In this document: piece by piece, positions 28,901-41,215 of the stretch
Layout: every line of letters starts with the position of its first letter
Numbering within the stretch: the first letter of the stretch is position 1
Assembly (NCBI RefSeq): GCF_001949145.1
Contig: NW_019091401.1
Coordinates: forward strand, 806,001 to 868,000
Direction of reading: 5' to 3'
DNA length: 62,000 nucleotides
Source of the DNA: Acanthaster planci
Taxonomy: Eukaryota
Position numbers and translations under genes: made by a program
The notes under the pieces: generated by a model
The model's input: only the letters and a program-made list of their open reading frames with translations
Databases searched by the model: none
Told to the model about the DNA's origin: nothing

Positions 28901-31900
28901 CTTAGAGCGTGAAAAGTCACAGGGTTGCCGTCAGCGCCTGACATTTCCAAAGAGCCTTGGAATATGCGATATCAATCTGCAATCTGCAGATCAATCAAAT
29001 CACTTAGGTCATTACCAGTAAATGAAGCCAGTAATGCCAGCATCTCCAATTAGGCAGTGGGGCCATCACCAGTGTTGGTTTTGTGGCTGGCGGACAGCAA
29101 AGATGATTAGAAATGATGAGAAGAAATATGTATTCTTGTGATAGTGATGACATGTCTACTTGCTCACTTCAAATAAGAGGAGTACAAATGGTGGCACTGG
29201 TGTTTATCATACATGTGCTGTGTATTGAAGTCAACTCTCATTTTAACAAGGTTGCCAGGACTAGCCAATTTCTGCACGAGGGTTATTCCAGAAATTAGGG
29301 GTCCAAAAGTGTGAAATTTTGTGCCCTTGTTACATCTGACCTTTGTTTATTTGATATGAAAATATCACTGGAATTGATTTCAAACTAGTACTATTGTTTG
29401 GCAGGTAATATGCATTAATTCAACACGCTTGGAAATTAAAAAATGTGTTCTGAACTTACAAAATCATATGTCAGATGCGACAGGGACACAGAAAAAAAGT
29501 GGACCCCTAATTTCTGGAATTACCCACATCTACTACAGTATTCAATGACCACTTAAAAGGACTAGGGAAAAAATCAAGTGAATTCAAGAGAGTTGGACCT
29601 GAGGGTTTGGTCTTGAGTGTTCTATGATAACAATGCTCTTCATTATGAGAGTTATCAGTAATTACAATGTATGCATACTGAGCCTCTCAAAACAGTACCT
29701 GTTAAATTTGCACAGTCATTTCACAGTCACATTTTCCTGTATATTTGTTGATTAGAAATGGGAGCTGGAATCCGCTGGTCATTATGCTATTTAGTATGTT
29801 GTAGGATTAGGAGACGTGTGCTGTAAGAACTTTGAAGTCCTCCTCACACTGTCTGGACAGGCAGAAATGGTCTCTCAAATGTGAATGATGCCTTCAGGCC
29901 AATGGCATGATTGCAGGGGAGAGGGATGTGATGGAATTCCCTCTGAGATTGGAAGGGATCCTTTCTTTCTCTTGACCATAGCTCATGCAGTGGTAATTGT
30001 TCGTGCTGACCCCTGCCCAAGGCACATTGGACAAACACGGACTGTTTTGAGCAGTAGGGTGAAAACCCACCTTGCTGAGGTGGTTCACCGTGTGTTTGAT
30101 TCTCTGCGAGGCGAGGCCCAGGGAATATATTTCAATTTGAAAAGAATTGGAAATGTTTCCAGCCATGTGAACTCTTCACCCACCATGCCTGCAATAACAG
30201 ACACAAGCCTGCGTGCGTGGCTGGATTCATGTACATACATGTACCAGGAAGGTACAAGGTACATCTATATAGGCAGGGAACTCTTGTTAAAAATAGTACA
30301 TATGTAGTATGTTGCTCGTTATGCAATGAGGCTGTCTGAATATCTAACCTGTGTATGGTAAAGTAGACTAAGTACACACTCTCTAACTGTAGAATTTTTT
30401 TGTACAGTGATGTTACAAATCTTGGTGCCCAGGGTTTAATCATTTTATTTCTTACTTCCAAGCTATATGAAGCCTATAATTAACCTGATGGCATGTCAGG
30501 TGAAAGATGTCTGTTTTGGTAATATTATTACATAAGTGATTGATTTAGTGTGCATTTGAGTCGTTTTTCTTATGTTGGGCACAGGTTGTACATCTGGGCT
30601 GTTGTCACAAATGCCAGCATCGCATAGAGACTGACCTGGGTGGCTTTGGCTGCTCTCTCTACTTGGATCATGTGACCAAGGTGCTTCAGTACATACGCAA
30701 GCAGCATCCAGGGATTACATGCATAATGTGGGACGACATGCTCAGGACCATTGACCCCAAGCTCATGAATGGTATGTACGGTAGCAGATAATCTTTTTGG
30801 CCAGCGTGCGCATGTGCGCTGAGGACGAACACGTTTTATCAGGTTGCAGCGTTGAAGGAATCCATCAAGCCCTCCATGCTATCAGGGATAGTTCATTGGT
30901 TGCCATCTGAGTTGTAATCCACTCAGTTGCAAAGAAACACCATGAACAGTGATAAAGGAGTGCAGGGTTCATTTGAAGAGCTTGTGATTAGCTTGTGACG
31001 ATGATGGGTCTCTATCAGTGTGACAGCTGAGTAGGCAGGCATGTCAGTTTGCCAGGGTGGGGTCCCTTTCATGTGAGAATGAAGACCAATGTTCAGGGCA
31101 CTCAATGGGCCACAAGAGGTGTAGGGACAGAAGTCCAGGAAAGCAGGGTGCTGCTCTCATTGCCTTGATGGCAGCTACTCTGTGACTTGTGACTTTTCAA
31201 AGATGTGATTTCCTTCTTTGGCTTTATTAACTGCGTGGACATCTTCCACATTTCAATGGGGTGACTAGCTATCGTACACTCAAAGAAGTGTCAGTGTACC
31301 AGTCGTAATTCACTGCTAATTTAAGTAAGTGGGTGGCCCTGCTGTCATTTGATTCACCTTCCAAGTTACACCATTTGGTCTCTTTGCTGATCAGCTCTTG
31401 CTTGTGCTGTTGAGCGTGGTTTCAGCATGGGAGGGGGATTATCAGTGTGTCTGGCCAGCTGACAGTACCTTACACTCGGAGTGACATACAAGGTTACTAA
31501 GTAACCGCTTTTACACTGTCCTTGCACTGTGACAGAAGATGCAAATGAAAGCTTTGTTTAAAAAAATAGGTTTTGATAGGGCTGAGTCAATTCAACTAAT
31601 TCAGTGTTTGAATATTCGACCTTCAATTTGATCGAATATCCGAATATTCGGTCGTACCAACTGGCAGATTGTTGATGAACAAACCATATACAAAATCAGT
31701 TGCTCACAGTTGTACATTATGATCAGTATAATAGCTTCTTACATCTAGGAGTATCTCCAGCCGAGATTTTGCAAGATTTAAGAGATGAACAAGACTTCTT
31801 GCCCTCTTGAACTTTCTATTACTTTTACATTGTTTAATGAAAAATTTACATTGTAAATCGTTGTAAGATTTCTGACACTTTTCATTTGAATCTGCTTGGA

Positions 31901-34900
31901 ACAAGCCTCCATAGTGCAATTTTCGCATTTTAAAACAAAAGAAAATTTTCCTTTTCATGAATTTTGCATTCGGATATTCAAATTCGAAAAATAATATTCA
32001 AATATTTGATGATCGATTGAATAATCTGTAATTTGGATATTCGGCACTTTGACTTGGGACCTGACCACATTATATATGAATGGGAAAATTGGCTGAACGA
32101 GCAACACCCTTAGTTACACCTTTGAAGTGTTGGAAATTGCACAGAGCGTACATGTGCTTACGGTTGATGGTGTTTCCTCCCCTTAACCACTTCCTGCCGG
32201 GGCATTTATCAATGTTGATGATGCTGGGGCGGGATAGTTATCATTTTTTTCTGTTTTCAACATTCTTTAAAAATTCCTGTCTTCATTTACTGGACACTTG
32301 CAAACATGTGAAGGCATGTCTGGTGTCCACTCTAGCCAGACAGACAAAATCTATTGACGCCTGAGTATTTTAGCCAGGTCTGCAGCCTTGTAAAACGAGC
32401 CCAGATTTTGTGGTGTTGCGTAATATTCTTTTCTTCACAAACCTGGCTGAGTGCGCTGCTGACCTCGTTTCAATAGGGGCCAGATTAGCATGCAGTGGTG
32501 CTGTGTGGCTCATTGCTGTGGTGGTGGAGCGCTTTTGTCCCCGGAGGTAATCCACTCGCTCTGAATGCCCCAAACCGTGGTATACTGTTTCAAAACAAGG
32601 CAGGATTATCTCCACTTTTGAGAGTGAAAAAATGTCGGTAATACCCAGCAGCCTGGTCTTTTGTTCCGAGTTCGATCTTTTGTTACAAGGCCCTGTTCCC
32701 TTTGTCTGAGTTCGGAGACCGTGGCCACGCATATAAAGTATACGTATCCGGATCCGGAGTTCCTGGCAGGAAGTGGTTAACCCAGTTTGTACATGTACAT
32801 GTGGAATGCTGTATCCCTGTCTATGTGTCGATGTACCAGTACATGTGTGAAATAAAGTTGTTCCATTTAAAAGAAACCACAGGAACAATCATGTGCTGGC
32901 AGGTCGCTGACTCTTAACTGCATCATTTATGACTTGGCTGTGGTTGATATACCAGTAGTGCATACATACATCTACAGAGGTTTTTCATGTGACGTAACAT
33001 GACAGGCAAAGACATTTCAAAAAGTGTACCGTGTCAGTGGTGGTTCATGCGTTTTCGAATCTGCATATTCCTTTTGGCAATTTCATGTACGCCAGAACGT
33101 TGCAAGGTTTCAAAGGCATGCACATTTCTACACACATCTGTGTAAATTGATCGCTGGCCATCAAAAATCATGTGACTGAAAATCCTCTATATTTGAAGTG
33201 GCGGCTGCTTATATCCAGTGCGGTTTGTGGCAAAGGGGGACCCCCCTAATAGGATGCACAAGCTACATGTACATGTATATATCTAAGACTATTGTGCCTA
33301 CTTCAACCCCCCCCCGAAAATCTGAAAGGAATTCATAAGATTCCATCAACACAAAAGAAGACACAATAGAGAGGGATACAGCATTCCACATGTAAGAACT
33401 GGGTTGATCATATTCAGAGGAGGAAACACCATCAACCGTAAGCACATGTACGCTCTGTGCAATTTCCAACACTTCAAAGGTGTAACTGAGGGTGTTGCTT
33501 GTTCAGCCAATTTTCCCCTTGCCACATATCGTGCATCAAATGCTGCTGCCAGTAGCTAGCACCTTCCATAGAGGCATGCGTTAGTTCTCTCCGTAGCCAC
33601 ATAATTTAGGACTTGACATTGTATTTGATTAATATTAAGGTATTGAGTGGCTGCTGTACAGTAATGTGTATTAGTGCTTTAGTGGGATATGGGCAGAGAT
33701 GGGAACAGAGTGACATGAATGGCAAACACCTGTCGTGACATGACATCGTGACACTTGATTCTCTCTATCACAGATGTTAAGCTAGGTGAGCTTGTAGAGC
33801 CTATGGTTTGGAACTATTCTGACGATACGACGTCATTCAGACTGCGTTTTCACCAAGGGATGTGGGAGAACTACAGCCAAGTGTTCAAGCACTTCTGGAT
33901 AGCCACCGCATTCAAAGGTTAAAAAGTGGGATTTGGGTTCCTCCTGTACCTTCACAGCACGCAGAGCCTATTGAAGTTTGTTTGGTCACATGCTTAGCTA
34001 TGGAGTGCATGGGATTTGGGTCTGCACACTGATTACCTGGCCCATTTCTTCCAGCGCTGCAAAGTTTTGATTCCATGGTACAGATGCAAGGAGCACAGAT
34101 GGGTTCTACTGAGAAATGTCTACTCTTACCTGAATTTTTTGTGGAAAGGATGCCAGAAATGAAGACTTTGGTCGTACTCATCAACTAAGTAATCTTTTTC
34201 TGCAAGGTGCAGTGACTTTAAAAACTCTTGTCAGTTCTCGTGTGGTAAATTATGGGCAAGTAGGTAGACTCTCTGTCATGCTTGACTGTTCTCTTCTTTG
34301 TTACTGTTTCGATGCTCTGCACTTTTTTCCACTTGAAGCACCCTGCAGTTAATTTCTTTATGACACAGATTAACACCTCAAAATCTTGCATGTGAGAACA
34401 TCTGAAGGTATTTTGTCTTGTTTCACATCTTACATGCACTATAGAATCACGATTTGGCTGTTAATGTAGGGTGGTTGTTGATATCAATGGTGTGTTGGTT
34501 GTTTTATTACGTGTGGTTGTTGTTTTATTACGGTGGTTGTTGATATCAACGGTGTGTTGGTTGTTTTATTACGTCATCATCAGGAGCTTTTGGACACACT
34601 CTATACTGGCCCCCTTCCAAGCTGCATGTTCAGAATCACCTGCTGTGGCTGCAAGAACTGGACAAGACGATCCCCAAGACCCTGACACTAAGGGGCTGTG
34701 TGCTGACTGGCTGGCAGAGGTACGAAGGAATTGTTGGGGGGGGTGGGGACATTCTGGCAACTAGCATTAACTCTTTCGCCTTACCCTGGGTAAGGAAAAG
34801 TAACGACAGATTACGTGTATTTTTCAAACAAGGCCTTTTACTTTATTTGGCTTAACTCTGCCTGTCTTATATCCTGTTTTACTGGATTGTACTAAATTTT

Positions 34901-37900
34901 TAAAACCGTTGGATGAGAATGATCAATTAAAGAGGATATTTTTTATTTCTACAGGTATGATCACCTGTCAGTACTGTGTGAGTTGTTACCTACTGCGTTG
35001 CCCTGTCTAGCACTCTGCTTACAGGTCCTTTTACAAGGTGTGTTGACCGTCTTTGCTTATAACCAGACACTGCTTGGATTATTGGTCAGATCTTGTAGAG
35101 AGTGAATACAAGAGTTTAATGATGAGGTTGAAAGTGGAGTGATCCTTCCGTCCTCTGAGTTCCTTCGTTCAGTTTTTGCTTGAGAATGTACGCGCATGAG
35201 TTTGCTTTACCTGTGAACAGGCTTCAGATTGAAGTGTAGCTGGATTAGGTCAAGCTGAAGCTTTACCGGTTTATAAATTGTTGGGGTAAATGGTGTCTCA
35301 TTTTGCAGGAACTGTTTCTTTACTTTTGCCTCAACTGCAGGTGGCTATTCCCATGACGTCTTGGAGAGGGTGTCCAAGCAGCTTGGCTTTACCGAACCCT
35401 TCCAGATAGAGGTTCCCCAGCACACTGAGTAAGTTGGCCAACTCCCCCAGGTTTGCAGTCTTTCTGTTGGTGTTGGCAGCAGAATCCAGTGCTGATGGTT
35501 CAGAAAGGGCTCGAAATTGGGCTAATCATCATGGGAGCAAGTACTTATTCCCTAGACAGCTGAATTTGTCAGTTTACGGGAGCAAGTTGCTCCCATACAA
35601 TATTAAAGACATATGTCCAAGAAAAAAAAACAAAGACCCTGGTGCTTGCTGTTGCTTTTAAATTAATGACACTGATAACTTATGGCTTAGACTTTGGCAG
35701 TTGGGCACCGGGCCTTTATAACGTGCATATGCACACAGACGTAAAAGGAACTAACTGCAGCAATTGGGCATTTTCGAAATGAGTGGATTAGGCTGAGACT
35801 TTGGTTTCGCTGGTTCCAGTTATTTTGGAGCAAGGTTCAAAACCACATGTTCAAGCTATGACTGGAACCAGCGAAGCTGAAGTTTATGCCGAATCCACTC
35901 GTTTAGCTGGTTTCCATACAGTCATGTGTAAATTCCAGCCGTATCGATTCAGACACAGCCACTGTGCAGACCATTCAGCGAGATTGCGACACTGGCCCCG
36001 GGTATGTGTGTGTACGTTCGTGTGTGTGCATGCATGGCATGCGAGACTGCGGTGTGCGCTGTGTGACGTTGCAAAAAAAATTGCACCGTGTTAAAGTTCC
36101 GTGACAGGGCTGATCCGAAGTGAAGTCAAAAAGTTCAGGTGTTTTTCATGACAAAAGTAGAAACAATGGTAAAAATGTTCCTGGAATCAAACATAAGTAA
36201 GTACTTAAGCCCGTCATGAGTTACGGGTACATTTCTCAGACAAACGGGTGCATTTTAGCTACCTGCGCCTGTTAATTTCGAGCCCAGGCCTCACAAATCT
36301 GTCTGAGGTCCACTGCAAGTGATCCAATCTCAAATCTTCAAGTCTCAAATAGACTGTACAAAGGACTGTGGCAGAGACTTTCCTTTTGTCGTCGTTCATT
36401 CCGTTACCTGTGACCAGACATGATGTGGATCATAATTGCCTTGTGATTTGACATGTGACAGCCCTTGACTTCCCACACATGCTCGTAAGTCAGCGCGACT
36501 TGCATTCTGGCATCATGTACAGGTTTAGCTCTAGTATTGTTGTACACATCATTTTTTGGCTTGATAGTTTTATCCATGTTTTCATAAGTTTTATCACTTT
36601 TGCTTCATTTGTCTTTGTGGCTTTCAAATTAGCTGTCGTATCTATGTGCATTTTTGAGGATGATTTTCCTTTCTTGGGAATTGTCTTTGTATTTCACCCG
36701 ATTGCTTCCACCAACCATTTAAATTAAATTACAAGGTTTCCGATTGGTCCTTATTCCTCCAGTGGGTGAAAGATTGGGGAATGTCAGGGTGAATGTTTGG
36801 GTCTTCGTTTCCTATTTCAGTTCTCTCAGTTCCGAGGAGGCCTTTCCAAGCAGTGACTTGTATTCAGCCATCCAGGATTTGGTCATATTTGAGGCATCGC
36901 CCAGATTCAAGGATTTCATGTCTCAGAGCCAGCTGCACGCAAACATGTGAGCCACTCTTCCCTGGCATTCTTTTGGCAATTATCAAATGAAGAAAAAACC
37001 TCTTTTCAAAGTGACATAGTTGGGGCAGAAGTTCATTTGCTATATTCAGAGAAAGACGGAAAGGTCTTGCTTGGAATGACTGTCGTGCAGTGCCTCTATA
37101 TTATGAAAGAATGCATGGAGAAACCAAGCAAAACGTGGTTGGACATATGAGGGGTGTACACATAGTACGAGAACATTTCGGATACTAGACGACCAAAAGG
37201 GGTGATTTTTAACTGTTAAGGACCCACACTGGTGTAAAATGGGGTACATTTTGCAGGGGGGCATTTGGGAGGCCCATGTGTTCTGGAGGGGGCACTCAAA
37301 GGGTTTGGTCACAGTTGAAACTCTGGCCAAAGCAGACAATCACAAGATTTTTCTGTCGAATTTTTTTGGGGGGAGGGGGCACAGTTACGCCACTGTGGAC
37401 CCATTTTGTCACCATTTGCAAGAGATAAGATCTGTGAAAGGTAGACGAATCTGCAGTGGTTTGTTGTGTTTTCAATTTTCTTCTCACTGCAAGAGGTTAA
37501 AGAAAAGAAGACAATCGAAGCTACCGGTACTCGTCATTATTATATCATCTCTCTCAGTAGTTCAAAAGAACTGATTACCATGGAAGTGTCCAAAGGATGG
37601 AAAGGCGGTGAAAGCAATTTTTTTCTTCCTCAACAGGGACCCCAATGCCAGAATTGCCACAGATCTTCCCATGGTCCATTACTCTGTTGAGGAGAGCGCG
37701 ACAGAGGCCAAGAGGTAGGCAGCAAATTCCCGACTGATCTGCTTTCACTGGATACGTACGGTCTTTGTTGGCTGGTAGCACAGAAATCCATTAGGCCTGA
37801 GCAGATGAGCGTTGTAATTAGATTGGAGAGGAATGTGTACGGCATGAAGTACTCTGGGACTTTTAATGGGATAAGATGTGATCTGTGGTTGACAGGGACT

Positions 37901-38367
37901 GAAAATGTCTACATGGAGGGCAGTGGGGCAAGTGCATTCTATGTACCAAGGACCCTTAAAGATGTATGTACATGTACACGGCACACACACATGACAGATG
38001 AATGTGTCTGTGTGTGCTCGTGCTCTCAGTGACTTTTTGGATGCACGGCTTTGGAAGACAGGTATTTCAACAGTATGTTAATTGACAGAAATGCTGTTTC
38101 TTTTTTTCCCTTGGTTCTTAGAAGCCTTATTTCCGACTGATTGTTCTCTGTTATATTTTTATTCTCAGTCTGGTGGGTCAGCTGGAAGCCATCCGGCAGA
38201 GGGCACGGGCCGCCCTGGGCTATGTCTACCACACCACAACCAAAGAGGAGTGGCTGGAGCTGCGCATCAACCCCATCCTGAGGGCGCTGAAGATGTTCGT
38301 TGGAGGTGGGAGCATGGACGAAGTCAGGGAGGAGGAGGAAGATGAGATGGAGCTTGGGAAGAGTTAA
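16860..38367 (+). CDS. HEXD: Hexosaminidase D (GH20, HEXDC family), 14 coding exons, 1563 nt, about 520 aa
   Basis: Manual splicing at GT-AG sites with consistent phases gives RLVHLDLKGAP, GATGLLVEYEDTFPY, IPVVQTFGHLEYVLKH, IGADE (catalytic D-E), MWDDMLR, VEPMVWNY, WIATAFKGA, LTGWQRYDH and EEWLE, all HEXD-family motifs. Exon lengths sum to 1563, a multiple of 3. Confidence 0.95.
17377..17431 (+). CDS. HEXD: HEXD exon 2 (LVHLDLKGAPLKMDFLSK)
   Basis: cttcag|...AAG|gtgagt; HLDLKGAP motif. Confidence 0.95.
18997..19271. mobile_element. TIR MITE (GGGYGATT...AAATTAGGGGTCCAA family)
   Basis: About 60-bp imperfect terminal inverted repeats; flanks ATAT and ATGT. Confidence 0.7.
20160..20372. repeat. 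Minisatellite, about 47-48 bp unit
   Basis: CATACAGAGCATGGAGTAAAC occurs 4 times. Confidence 0.85.
22642..22751 (+). CDS. HEXD: HEXD exon 3 (LIVKLKEWGATGLLVEYEDTFPYTGDL...)
   Basis: Polypyrimidine tract-tag|...AG|gtaagg. Confidence 0.95.
25727..25814 (+). CDS. HEXD: HEXD exon 4 (...YIPVVQTFGHLE)
   Basis: cttcag|...GAG|gtgact. Confidence 0.95.
26186..26264 (+). CDS. HEXD: HEXD exon 5 (YVLKHNKFVHLREVPEFPTSICPSKE)
   Basis: gacag|...G|gtgaag. Confidence 0.93.
26572..26813. mobile_element. Palindromic MITE (possibly PIF/Harbinger-like)
   Basis: About 85-bp arms: GGGCCAATTTCATAGAGCTGC... / ...GCAGTTCTATGAAATTGGCCC. Confidence 0.75.
28091..28176 (+). CDS. HEXD: HEXD exon 6 (...YFSIGADE, catalytic pair)
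   Basis: gtcag|...GAA|gtaagc. Confidence 0.95.
28380..28539. mobile_element. Palindromic MITE with CAGACCTGCCAAC termini (hAT-like)
   Basis: Near-complete 160-bp fold-back; TSD not preserved. Confidence 0.7.
29280..29525. mobile_element. TIR MITE related to 18997-19271
   Basis: GGGTTATTCCAGAAATTAGGGGTCCA ... TGGACCCCTAATTTCTGGAATTACCC. Confidence 0.75.
30585..30771 (+). CDS. HEXD: HEXD exon 7 (VVHLGCCHKC...MWDDMLR)
   Basis: acag|...G|gtatgt. Confidence 0.95.
31577..32048 (+). mobile_element. hAT-like non-autonomous element with ATATTCGAAT/ATATCCGAAT subterminal repeats
   Basis: TAGGGCTGAGTCA start, ...TTCGGCACT end; reverse-complement homolog at 1686-1830 plus 4471-4801. Confidence 0.65.
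32187..32776. mobile_element. piggyBac-like MITE (TTAA TSD)
   Basis: TTAA|CCACTTCCTGCC ... GGCAGGAAGTGG|TTAA, 590 bp, in HEXD intron 7. Confidence 0.85.
33774..33917 (+). CDS. HEXD: HEXD exon 8 (LVEPMVWNY...WIATAFK)
   Basis: tcacag|...G|gttaaa. Confidence 0.95.
34470..34572. repeat. Short tandem duplication abutting the HEXD exon 9 acceptor
   Basis: GTGGTTGTTGATATCAA.GGTGTGTTGGTTGTTTTATTACG occurs twice, plus a partial copy. Confidence 0.75.
34584..34719 (+). CDS. HEXD: HEXD exon 9 (GAFG...LTGWQR)
   Basis: catcag|...AG|gtacga. Confidence 0.93.
34955..35037 (+). CDS. HEXD: HEXD exon 10 (YDHLSVLCELLP...)
   Basis: ttctacag|...G|gtgtgt. Confidence 0.95.
35341..35428 (+). CDS. HEXD: HEXD exon 11 (GGYSHDVLERVSKQLGF...)
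   Basis: ctgcag|...GA|gtaagt. Confidence 0.9.
35777..35904. repeat. Fold-back inverted repeat (probable MITE remnant)
   Basis: About 46-bp arms including TTCGCTGGTTCCAGT / ACTGGAACCAGCGAA. Confidence 0.65.
36290..36720 (-). mobile_element. Possible DNA-transposase relic (Academ-like), very decayed
   Basis: Fragments such as NLKATKTNEAKVIKLMKTW and EIGSL.W resemble my recollection of Academ transposases; not verified by search. Confidence 0.25.
36821..36946 (+). CDS. HEXD: HEXD exon 12 (...AFPSSDLYSAIQ...)
   Basis: atttcag|...AT|gtgagc; FPsS..Y matches the FPGS motif of the family. Confidence 0.85.
37637..37714 (+). CDS. HEXD: HEXD exon 13 (MDPNARIATDLPMVHYSVEESATEAK), divergent
   Basis: ttttcttcctcaacag|...AG|gtaggc; phase 2-2 and open, but little recognisable family similarity. 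Confidence 0.65.
38169..38367 (+). CDS. HEXD: HEXD last coding exon (SLVGQL...EEWLELRINPIL...KS*)
   Basis: ttctcag| acceptor; EEWLE motif; TAA stop. Confidence 0.92.
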
Positions 38368-40939
38368 GATGACCTCCAACGCTGGCCAGTGATCTACACA
38401 GAAGGCACAGAAGGTACAGAAGGCACTTGAACCATAATTTGAAAATCTACCAGTGAGAAATATGAACAGACAAAAGAGAGTGTTATTTTTGTGTCCCCAA
38501 GCAAGGCAGTTTACCAGTGGTTGGAACTGTGCTGACAGACAATAAGAGGGGAACACAGGGTACTATATTGGTATCCCTCTGCTAAGCACGTTTGACAGTA
38601 CTGTCGTTGGGAACTGATGACAACAGACCAGTGGGACTGGAGCACAGAATACCATTTTTGTGTCCCTAGGCAAGGCACTTTATGCACCAGCAAAGATGGT
38701 TAGCTGGCACCTCATTGGATTGTCAGTGACGACTGTAGAGTGTCCCGCCAACAACAGCTGTACAGCTGCAACTGTTTGCTGCAACTACAGAACAAGATTT
38801 TGGGACCTATGGAGGTGGCCCTTGTATTTGATAAAACTGAAAACTCTGTTGTTGGATTATTTCCAGACTGCCTTATGGGCAGATCTGAAAGTTCGTAGGC
38901 TTGCCATCGATATTCATGTGGCCGGTGCAACATCCACTTGCTCCAGTGCTGGTGAGGCACAAAGAACAAGCAGCCGTACCCACCAATTATAGCAGTTGAC
39001 ACTTTACACAGGAAGGACTTTATGGTCAACTGAGTTTGGAACTTCAGCTTGTGGGCTTCTGGAAGATTGGAAGTGGCCATCCTACTGCTTGTTATATTAT
39101 TTGTAACTTCCAGTTTTGAACAAACTCCAAACCATTGTTCATGTGTCCTCAGAATCTTGCTGGTGGTCAGATGGGGAAATTACATGTACTTGCCCTTTGA
39201 AGATAATCCTTAGTACAATTTTACTACACATGCTGTTAGATATTGCTAGAATTTATTGGAATTACACCAACTCCAACTCAGACTGACTGCAGGTTTTAGA
39301 AATCCTTTGACCATGAAAACAAAGATTCGGCCAAATGTCACACTTGGGATCACGTTTGGTTGACTTTACTGAGTGTGTGGCTGTAATCGTTTGTCATGAC
39401 CATACTTCTGTTATCTGTTAGTTCACTTTGGGCAAGGTAACATTCATGTGTGAAAGTTACATGCACACTCTGCAGTTTGAGCTAACAGATGACCATTTTG
39501 ATCTCCGTATAAGATAGGATAATCACTTAAAGTGGCTACCTGCCACCATCTTGCCAGTTGTTGAATTTGTTTGTTGGCATGCAGCATGTATTGAACTCAT
39601 AGACTTTAAATCTGTCAAATTTTGCCAAGAGCTACAAGTTCCTTGGCTGCTCATTTTCATACTACATATAACTATGATTGTGTACATATGCATGAAACTT
39701 GTTCATTTCTGACAGATCACAAAGAATACACAGTGCAAGATGAGACAGATTGAATCGCAGGTTTAGTCTGAAGGAGTTTGCGCAGTAACTGCCGTAAATA
39801 AACACAAAGAAATGCAGGGTCTGAGGACTTTTAACAGCTTTTTAACTTGGGAAAAAAACACTGTCACCAGAGAGGGAGGTTAGCCTACTTGAATACTTGA
39901 TCCTGTGGTGTGACTGATTTCAGCCTGTAGATTCTACTGCTCATGTAGCATCAATGCTACATCCTGATCTGCTTCATCATCTTTCCAGTGTTCTACTGTG
40001 AGGTCTTTCAACCCTCCCTTCTTCATGGCGGTTCAACTTTGTTGCATGCTGCCACCGGTGTCTGTCTGCCTGTAGGGGCACATTTCTCCGTTGTGTCCAG
40101 CCTCTGATATACTTTGATTCCTTCCACTGTGTGTTCCCATTTCAGTGAGGCTTGATTTTATCCAGGAAGACTGCTGCTTGGCCAGAAAATACTTCATTAT
40201 TGTTTTTAAATTGGATACATTCTGTGGTCTTTTAAGAATAACAGACAATTGCCAAATGTAGAATTTTTATTTTATGGTTTATAAAACCGCATTTGAGAGT
40301 AAAATGGAGGTTTGCATTTGTATGCATGTTTACATTGTAAGGTAAAAATGTTAGTTATTGCATGCACTTGCATGAATACAACAATTTCAGACTGCATATA
40401 GGGTTGCCCATAACATAATGTGTATCATCTACAAGTAAGGACATCTTTTTTATTGTTCACTCATTTGTGAAGGACGGACGTTTCTTGCCAGATATATTAA
40501 TGTAAATATTATGTGCAGTTAGTACAATATAGATTTCAGATGTAGACATTATGGATGCTAAGCATTTGTAAGGGATGTGCATTAAAGTCACCGGTGTGGG
40601 CCGAGTAGCATTAAATTTACAGCCTAGTCATTTTACAAGCTAGCTATTCATTTCCTGTCACCTGAAGAAAACGACTGTAGAGCTTCTTTGTTGTAAAACT
40701 AGACTGGCACAAACCTCTTTGTTTGAAGGTCCTCAGGTGACAAAGTTGATGGTTGAGTCTCTGCTGCATTGTCTTTAGTACTATGTCCTTGATTCCCTTA
40801 AGATTGTGTGTCATGTCTGTGTGTATATTTCAGCACAATTACGGTATTTACTATTACCACACACATGATCTTTTGTAAATACATCCACTACATGTATATT
40901 GGCATCTCAGACAGGGCCAAACATCAGGTAAACGTTGAT

Positions 40940-41215
40940 GAATAAAAAGTCCCAGCAACTCTAATAAAATGCAGAATTTTGAATAAAGTATTCTTCAAGA
41001 TGTGATTTTTATCAGGAAAATGGCACATATAAATCATATTGATTTTGTTATAAATTCAATTCAAGCACAGTGTAAACGCACAGTTATTACAAATATTACC
41101 ATGCTGCCTTCATCCAAGACCAACTTTTGATCCAAACCCCATTGTATTATCAATTTTTGCTGAAACATTGTGTACGTGTTCTATAACAATTCATAATCGT
41201 GGATTTAAATAAAAG
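40940..41215 (+). terminator. Candidate HEXD polyadenylation signals (cluster of AATAAA)
   Basis: AATAAA at about 40941, 40963, 40982 and 41208, about 2.6-2.8 kb after the stop; usage unverified. Confidence 0.35.

Noticed and set aside
30050..30085. RWVFTL on the - strand, resembling CRESS-virus Rep motif I
   Set aside because: It lacks the following NN and motifs II and III, and is flanked by stops.
30900..31400. Possible Academ-like transposase C-terminal relic on the - strand
   Set aside because: The resemblance is too decayed to support without a profile search.
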